A DNA stretch of 54,061 bases. Origin: Armatimonadota bacterium. GTDB taxonomy: Bacteria; Armatimonadota; SYMT01. This document shows positions 47,960-54,061 of the stretch, one piece after another. The notes under the pieces were generated by a model. That model searched no databases. It saw nothing but the letters and a program-made list of their open reading frames with translations, and was not told the DNA's origin. The number at the start of each line of letters is the position of its first letter. The first letter of the stretch is position 1. Location: NCBI GenBank assembly GCA_046292385.1, contig JBKBRF010000046.1, forward strand, positions 1-54,061. The letters are read 5' to 3'. Made by a program: the position numbers and the translations under genes.

Positions 47960-49519
47960 GTGAAGCTCTGCACCGGCGCGCAGATGCGGGAGATCGACCG
48001 GCTGGCCGTGGAGCAGTACGGCATGCCGTCGCTGCTGCTGATGGAGAACGCCGGGAGGGCGGTCGCCGAGCGCGCCGCCGCGCTGCTCCGGGACTGCCCC
48101 TCCCCGACCCCGCGGGTCGTCGTCCTCTGCGGCAAGGGCAACAACGGCGGCGATGGCTTCGTCGCGGCGCGCCATCTCTACAACCGCGGTTATCGGGTGG
48201 AGTGCCTCCTCGCCGCGGACCGCGCCGGCATCCAGGGAGATGCCGCCGTGAACCTGGCGCTGCTGGAGCGGCTCCGGGTTTCGGTGCGGCCGTTCCCCCA
48301 GCCGCCGGACCAGATCCTGGAGGCCAATCTCCTGATCGACGCGCTGCTGGGCACCGGATTCAGCGGCCAGCCGCGGGGCGCCATCGCCGAGGCGATCCGG
48401 GCGGCGAACCGGTCCGGAATCTCGGTGCTCGCCGTCGATATCCCGTCGGGGGTCGAGGCCGACACCGGCCGCGCCTCCGGTACGTCGATCCTGGCGCGGG
48501 AGACGGTCACCTTCGGGCTCCCCAAGCTCGGGCTCGCCGTCTACCCCGCCAGGGCACGGGCCGGGCAGATCACGGTGGCGGAGATCAGCCTCCCCCGGCC
48601 GCTCTTGGAAGACGTGGAGGCCGCGGAATGGATCACCCCCGCGCGCGGCGCGGCGCTCTGGCCCGACCGCGCGCCCGACGCGCACAAGGGAGAGGCGGGA
48701 CGGGTCTTCGTCCTGGCCGGGTCGCCGGGCCTCACCGGCGCGGCGACGCTCTGCTGCGAGGGGGCGCTGCGAGCGGGGGCCGGCCTGGTGACCCTGGGCG
48801 TGCCGGCGAGTCTCAACCCGATTCTGGAGGTCAAGCTGACCGAGGCGATGACCGTCCCGCTGCCGGAGACGCCCGCGCAGCGCCACTGCCCCGAGTCGCT
48901 GCCGCTGATCCAGGAGCACCTGCAGCGCGCCGGAGCGCTCGCCGCCGGTCCCGGATTCGGGCGAGACGCGGCCTCCGGGGAGCTGCTGCGCACGGTGCTG
49001 CGAGAGTGTCCCGTACCGGCGGTGGTCGACGCGGACGGCCTGACGCTCCTGGCTCCGGCGGACGCGGGCACGTTTCCGGCCCGGACCGTCATTACTCCCC
49101 ACCCGGGAGAAATGGCGCGGCTGCTCGGAACAGATGTCGAGTCCGTACAGTCTAATCGCGTAGAGATTGCCCGGAGAGCGGCCGAGCGGTTGGGTTGCGT
49201 GGTGCTGCTGAAGGGGGCCGGCACGATCATCGCCGCGCCGGACGGCCGGCTGGCGGTCAACTCCAGCGGCAGCGCCGCCCTGGCGACCGGCGGCACGGGA
49301 GACGTGCTGACCGGCGTGACCGCGGCTTGCCTGGCGCGGGGGCTGGAGCCGTTCGAAGCCGCCGCCGCGGCCGCGTACCTGCACGGCCTGGCGGGCGAGA
49401 TTGCCGAAGAGCGCTTCGGGACCGTCTCGGCCGTCGCCGGGGACGTCGCCGCGGCGCTCCCACAGGCATTCCGGCGATTGCGGGACGGGAACCTCCCCGG
49501 CCCGTGTCGAACAGTATAA
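47960..49519 (+). CDS. nnr: Bifunctional NAD(P)H-hydrate epimerase/dehydratase
   Basis: LMENAG, CGKGNNGGDG, DALLGTG, DIPSG, TPHPGEM, ATGGTGDVLTG; GTG start after GGAGG. Confidence 0.95.
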   Translation: MKLCTGAQMREIDRLAVEQYGMPSLLLMENAGRAVAERAAALLRDCPSPTPRVVVLCGKGNNGGDGFVAARHLYNRGYRVECLLAADRAGIQGDAAVNLALLERLRVSVRPFPQPPDQILEANLLIDALLGTGFSGQPRGAIAEAIRAANRSGISVLAVDIPSGVEADTGRASGTSILARETVTFGLPKLGLAVYPARARAGQITVAEISLPRPLLEDVEAAEWITPARGAALWPDRAPDAHKGEAGRVFVLAGSPGLTGAATLCCEGALRAGAGLVTLGVPASLNPILEVKLTEAMTVPLPETPAQRHCPESLPLIQEHLQRAGALAAGPGFGRDAASGELLRTVLRECPVPAVVDADGLTLLAPADAGTFPARTVITPHPGEMARLLGTDVESVQSNRVEIARRAAERLGCVVLLKGAGTIIAAPDGRLAVNSSGSAALATGGTGDVLTGVTAACLARGLEPFEAAAAAAYLHGLAGEIAEERFGTVSAVAGDVAAALPQAFRRLRDGNLPGPCRTV

Positions 49520-49596
49520 CGGCCCATCGTCGGAGCCTCTCCGCGTAGGCGCCTCTCCTCGAAACGAATCGGTTCGCAGATGGCTCGGAGACAGTC

Positions 49597-51120
49597 ATGA
49601 AACGCTACGTGCCGGCCCTCGCACTCCTCCTTCTCGCGCTGCCCGTAGGAGCCCAGCAGAACGCCCCCGCGGCGGGAGCGGCTCCGAAGCCGGCCGGTAA
49701 CTCCCCGGCGGCTCCAAAAGCGTCTGCCGCCCCGAAGGGGAACGCACCCGCCGCCGCTACGGCCGGCAATGCGCCCGCCAACGCCCCCGCCGGCAGCGCG
49801 CCCGCCGGGAATGTCGCGGCTGGAAACGCTCCCGCGGCGGCTGCCGAGCCGGCTTCCCGCTCGCTGACGATCAAGGCTCCCTCCGGAGGAGAGTACTCCG
49901 CCTACCTGCAGGAGGCGCCTTCCACGCTCAAGTCGTTCACGGACCAGGCGCAGCTCGAAGCTCCCGCGGGACAGGAGAAGCTGACGCTGTTCGTGCTCGA
50001 CAAGAAGTCCGGCTACGCGGCGCGGCGGGAGCTCAACGCCGGGGAGCTGCCGGCCGAGATCAGCGTGGCGGGGCCCGACTTCACCCTGCTCCAGAAGGTT
50101 CGCGTGGCGGTGACCGGTAAGGACGACAAGCCGGTGGCGGCCGGGACGGTGCAGTTGAGCGACGGGGACGGCAATACCTCGATGCGGGTGCTCCAGCCGG
50201 CCTCCCAGGGCGTGGCGGAGTTCGACTTCGTCCGTAAGGGCGAGGGCCAGGTGACCGTCTCCCCCGAGGGCGGGGACGGAAGTGCCACCACCAAGAGCGT
50301 GAACCTCGACCTCCCGCCGGGCCAGACGGCGCAGCTCCTCACCGTCTCGATGCCCGAGGTGACGGCGGTGGTCGAGCCGCCCGTCGGTTCCGCGGCCCCC
50401 ACCGAGCCGGCGTCATCCACTCCCGCGCCGGAGGCGGGAGCGGCGGCTCCGCAGTCGGGCGGTGACGGCGGCGGACAGTGGGGCTCCACCGTGATCGGCT
50501 TCCTGTTCCTCATCCTGCTGGTCGGCGGCGCCTACTACTACGCGAAGACCCAGGGGATCACCATCGATACGGTCCTCAAGAAGCTGGGAGTGCAGCCGGA
50601 CGTGGTGGGAGCTGGCGGCGCCAGCCTGGCCGGCGCCAACGCCGCCGCGGGCGCGCCCGCACCCGGGCCGGCCCCCGCGCCGCCGCCGGTGGTCGCCGAT
50701 CCGAACCAGTGCCAGTTCTGCGGCCAGATGAAGGACCCGAGCGGCGCCTGCGCGTGCACCGTTACGCCGGGAGCCCCCGCGGCGGCCTCTTACGGCAGCG
50801 GCTACGGCGGCGCCGCCGCCGCGGGTGGGAGCGGGCCGCGGCTGGTTGGCATGGGCGGCGAGTACATGGGTCACGTCTTCCCGATCGCCGGCTCCGCGGT
50901 GATCGGGCGCGAGCCGGCGAACGACATCCCGCTGGACCGGGACACTACGACTTCCCGCCGGCACGCGCAGATCGCGGCCGACGGAGCCGGCGGCTACCGG
51001 ATCCAGGATCTCGGGTCGTCGAATGGCACTTACGTCAACGGCGCCCGGGTGAGCGATGGGCCGCTCAATCCGGGAGATGAGGTGAGCATCGGCGGGACCC
51101 GGTTCCGCTTCGAGGTGTAG
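49597..51120 (+). CDS. Single-pass membrane protein with extracytoplasmic domain, Cys motif and C-terminal FHA domain
   Basis: Signal peptide, TM (VIGFLFLILLVGGAYYY), CQFC...CAC, FHA motifs IGRE, SRRH, SSNGTYVNG. Confidence 0.88.
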   Translation: MKRYVPALALLLLALPVGAQQNAPAAGAAPKPAGNSPAAPKASAAPKGNAPAAATAGNAPANAPAGSAPAGNVAAGNAPAAAAEPASRSLTIKAPSGGEYSAYLQEAPSTLKSFTDQAQLEAPAGQEKLTLFVLDKKSGYAARRELNAGELPAEISVAGPDFTLLQKVRVAVTGKDDKPVAAGTVQLSDGDGNTSMRVLQPASQGVAEFDFVRKGEGQVTVSPEGGDGSATTKSVNLDLPPGQTAQLLTVSMPEVTAVVEPPVGSAAPTEPASSTPAPEAGAAAPQSGGDGGGQWGSTVIGFLFLILLVGGAYYYAKTQGITIDTVLKKLGVQPDVVGAGGASLAGANAAAGAPAPGPAPAPPPVVADPNQCQFCGQMKDPSGACACTVTPGAPAAASYGSGYGGAAAAGGSGPRLVGMGGEYMGHVFPIAGSAVIGREPANDIPLDRDTTTSRRHAQIAADGAGGYRIQDLGSSNGTYVNGARVSDGPLNPGDEVSIGGTRFRFEV

Positions 51121-51122
51121 GC

Positions 51123-52724
51123 ATGTCGCCGACCCGAATTCTGCGCGGGTTCCTCTTCGGCGGGATCGGCGGCTTCCTGGCGTGGGTGGCGCTCGAGTTC
51201 GCTCCGCCGCCGTTCCCACAGCCGCCGTTCCGCCTGCACCAGCTCGAGGCGATGCACGTCCAGGCGCAGGCCGCGGGCGACGCCGTGCGGATCGCGCAGA
51301 TCGAGCGCGTGCTCACGATGACGCCGACCGCGGACTCGCTGATCGGCATCGTGCTCGGACTGCTGATCGGCGGGATGCTCGGCGTCTCCGACGCGATGGT
51401 CGACGGCCGGCGGTCGCGCTTCTTCCGGCGGGTGGGGCTCTTCCTGGTCTTCGGGGCTCTCGGCGGATTCCTGGGGCTCTACTTCGGGCACATTCTCTGG
51501 GCCGCGCTGGACGGCCGCTTCGCCCTCCCGCGCAACGCGGCGGAATTCCTCCGCTTCACCCTGGCCCGCTCCAGCAGCTGGGTGCTGATCGGGCTCTTCC
51601 TGGGTGCGGCGTTCGGCATTCCGGACCTCTCGCTGCGCCGCATGTGGAACGGCGCGGTCGGCGGCGCGCTGGGAGGCGGTCTCGGCGGCTTCTTCTTCGA
51701 GACGCTCAGCGTGGCGCAGATCTTCACCGGGATCCACGCGCGCCTGCTCGGCTTCGTCATGATCGGCGCGATGATCGGCTTCTTCATCAACCTGATCGTC
51801 GAGGCGATGAAGCGGGTCTGGGTCAAGGTGCTGGTCGGCCGGAACGAGGGCCGGGAATACATCCTCGATACTCCGCTCGCCTATACCGGGCGGGACGAGC
51901 TGGCGGAGCTCCCCGTCTTCCTCGATCCCGCCGTCCCCAAGCGGATGGCAAGCTTCCGGCAGACGGGCGGCCGCTACGCGCTCCATCCGGAGAGCGACGC
52001 CCTCCAGCTCCTGGTGAACGGCCAGCCGGTGGTGCCGGGGCAGGTGCTGCGGGACGGCGACGCGATCCAGTTCGGCCGCGTCACTCTCGGCTACTTTGAG
52101 AAGGTAACCGCCCGGGAGGCCGCGCCGCGCCCGATCGACAACGTCCCGCTCGCCGACTTCAGCGCGCCGTCGGTCGTGCCCGGCGCCACGCCGCTCCCGA
52201 ACGCGCCAAACGTCTGCGAGTTCTGCGGACAGCCGCGCGACCCGGTCACCGGAAGCTGCGCCTGCTCCGTCCCCGCCGATCCGTACGCGGCCCCTGCCTA
52301 CGCCGGCGCCGCGGCCGACCCGCACGCCGGCTACGCCGATCCGTACAACGGCTACGCCGGGGCCGCGCCGGCCGGCGATCCCGCCTACGGCGCCACGATG
52401 CTGGACCCCGGACCCGCCACCCACGCGGCGCCGGCGGGCGGGCCGTGCCTGGTGGCGGTGGCGGGCCCCTACGCCGGCCAGCAGTTCGTGCTGCCAGCGG
52501 AGATGGGGATCGGACGGGACCCGTCCCAGGACCTCCCGCTCCCGCAAGACCGCACCGCCTCCCGTCGACACGCGCGGATCCACTACACCAACGGAAGCTG
52601 GTTTGTCCGCGACGAAGGCAGCTCGAACGGCACCTACGTCAACGGTGTCCGCATCCAGGAGCAGCCGATCTTCCCCGGCGACCTGATCCGCGTGGGCCAG
52701 ACCGAGTTTCGGTTCGAAGGATAG
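51123..52724 (+). CDS. Polytopic membrane protein with two FHA domains
   Basis: Gly-rich TMs, degenerate FHA1, CEFC...CAC, canonical FHA2 (IGRD, SRRH, SSNGTYVNG). Confidence 0.88.
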   Translation: MSPTRILRGFLFGGIGGFLAWVALEFAPPPFPQPPFRLHQLEAMHVQAQAAGDAVRIAQIERVLTMTPTADSLIGIVLGLLIGGMLGVSDAMVDGRRSRFFRRVGLFLVFGALGGFLGLYFGHILWAALDGRFALPRNAAEFLRFTLARSSSWVLIGLFLGAAFGIPDLSLRRMWNGAVGGALGGGLGGFFFETLSVAQIFTGIHARLLGFVMIGAMIGFFINLIVEAMKRVWVKVLVGRNEGREYILDTPLAYTGRDELAELPVFLDPAVPKRMASFRQTGGRYALHPESDALQLLVNGQPVVPGQVLRDGDAIQFGRVTLGYFEKVTAREAAPRPIDNVPLADFSAPSVVPGATPLPNAPNVCEFCGQPRDPVTGSCACSVPADPYAAPAYAGAAADPHAGYADPYNGYAGAAPAGDPAYGATMLDPGPATHAAPAGGPCLVAVAGPYAGQQFVLPAEMGIGRDPSQDLPLPQDRTASRRHARIHYTNGSWFVRDEGSSNGTYVNGVRIQEQPIFPGDLIRVGQTEFRFEG

Positions 52725-52881
52725 GGTCCAGGGTCTAGGGTCTAGGGGATAGGGTGTAGGGTTCAGGTTCGTGCCGGCCGTGCGTCTATCCGTGGGCCGG
52801 TCCTTCCGCTCTATTCATTCGTATACGGTTACTCCGAGGATGGCGTGAAAACCGTACCCGAAGACCCACACCCTAGACCCT
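52722..52881. repeat. Heptamer array starting at a stop codon with a short complementary array before the next gene
   Basis: YAGGGNN x6-7 at 52722-52770; cccaca ccctaga ccct at 52865-52881; ATG at 52886. Confidence 0.85.
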
Positions 52882-52885
52882 CGCG

Positions 52886-53737
52886 ATGAACCTCGAACGA
52901 TCGCTCTTCCGCCTCGGAGAGGCGGTGGCGTGGTGGGTGGTGCGGCCGCCCCGGCTGCCGCCGGTGGTGACGCCGGGGATGCTGGGGCTCCCCTACCGCC
53001 GGTTCCGCCTGCAGGGCGCGGGGCCCGCGCTGGCGGCGTGGCACGTGCCGAGTCCCGGCTCCCGGCGCGGCCTGGTGCTCTGCCACGGCCACGCGAACAG
53101 CCGGCTCGCGGTCCTGCGCCTGCTGCGCCCCCTGCACCGGGCGGGATTCCACCTGGTGCTGTTCGACCAGCGCTCCATGGGGATCAGTCCCGGCCGCTGC
53201 TCGTTCGGCTTTCACGAGCAGGACGACACCCTGGCGGCGCTGCGGTGGCTGCGCGAGGAGGCAGGGGTGGAGCACCTGGGCCTCTACGGCATCTCCATGG
53301 GCGGGGCGTGCGCCCTGCTCGCCGCGGCACGCGCCCCGGAGGTAGAGGCGGTGGTGAGCGACTGCGCCTTCGCCCGGCTCGACGAGGTGGTGGAGCGCCG
53401 CTTCCGCCACCTGCCGCCCGGTCTGCGCGCGCCGTTCAGCCAGGGCGTGCGCTGCGGCGCGGAGCGGGAGACCGGAGCGCAGTCGGAGACCGTGAACCCG
53501 GAAGAAGCGCTGCGGCAGTGGCAGCCGCGGCCGCTGCTGGTGATCCACGGCGACCGGGACAGCCTGATTCCGGTGGAGCACGCGCAGCGGCTGGTGGCAG
53601 CCGCGGGACCCGGGGCCGAGCTGTGGGTGCTTCCGGGCGCCGGTCACGCCGGGCAGTCCCGCTGGGGCCGCGCCGATCCGCGGGAGTACGTGCGGCGGGT
53701 GGTCGGCTTCTTCGATCAGCACGTGCCGAATCGGTAA
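52886..53737 (+). CDS. Alpha/beta fold hydrolase
   Basis: LCHGH, nucleophile GISMG, IHGDRD, GAGH. Confidence 0.92.
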   Translation: MNLERSLFRLGEAVAWWVVRPPRLPPVVTPGMLGLPYRRFRLQGAGPALAAWHVPSPGSRRGLVLCHGHANSRLAVLRLLRPLHRAGFHLVLFDQRSMGISPGRCSFGFHEQDDTLAALRWLREEAGVEHLGLYGISMGGACALLAAARAPEVEAVVSDCAFARLDEVVERRFRHLPPGLRAPFSQGVRCGAERETGAQSETVNPEEALRQWQPRPLLVIHGDRDSLIPVEHAQRLVAAAGPGAELWVLPGAGHAGQSRWGRADPREYVRRVVGFFDQHVPNR

Positions 53738-53888
53738 GCGGTCACACCAATCGGTCCGGGCCTTGGGACCCCACGCCGGACGGGTTCGCACCACAGTAAA
53801 CCATGGCCAGCCACAGATTCCACGCCTGTTAAGGTCGTTGAATAGGTACGATTGGCGAATTCGGGAGGTTGCTCTTGGGGCAAGCATT

Positions 53889-53971
53889 CGCACTCCACAG
53901 GCTAGCCCGGAAGAGATTCCCTCTCGTGGAAAGGGAGACTGCCCCGGTGCAGTCTGTGGAGTGCGGTGGCT
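53889..53971. repeat. REP-like GGAGTGCG motifs in inverted orientation
   Basis: cgcactccacag at 53889-53900 and ctgtggagtgcggtggct at 53954-53971. Confidence 0.55.
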
Positions 53972-54061
53972 CGTGTCACACGCTGTAAAGTTGGTGCGCC
54001 CCGGGGCGCAGAGTATGTTTTGCCGGCTGCAGGGCGGGTACTCGCTTTACAGCCGGAATCA

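Noticed and set aside
321..53893. Many long overlapping or antisense ORFs (e.g. 321-2135 -, 3303-5177 +, 38305-40098 -, 46044-47654 -)
   Set aside because: High-GC shadow frames of recognisable genes; Arg/Ala/Gly/Pro-rich with no motifs

Overview
High-GC bacterial chromosome segment; the gene mix is compatible with a diderm Terrabacteria lineage such as Armatimonadota (inference only). Housekeeping blocks: radC, trxB, mtnP-mtnA-apt, secE-nusG-rplK-rplA (minus strand, consensus sigma70 promoter), a Wzx/Wzy exopolysaccharide cluster and cdaA-cdaR-glmM-nnr. Accessory genes: an orphan SMI1/KNR4 protein, a solitary low-GC OLD-type ATPase-TOPRIM nuclease, a TonB-like protein ending in a VWA domain, and two membrane FHA proteins sharing a Cys motif. 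The most unusual signals are non-coding. (1) A ~650-bp element occurs twice in inverted orientation (7376-8025, 13289-13941); its stems show compensatory substitutions, and each copy is itself an inverted doublet of a ~160-190-nt unit. (2) Heptamer (TAGGGNN) arrays overlap the TAG stop codons of five genes, and four of them face a complementary array just before the next gene. No tRNA, rRNA, CRISPR array, transposase or integrase was recognised. All assignments were made by eye, without database searches.
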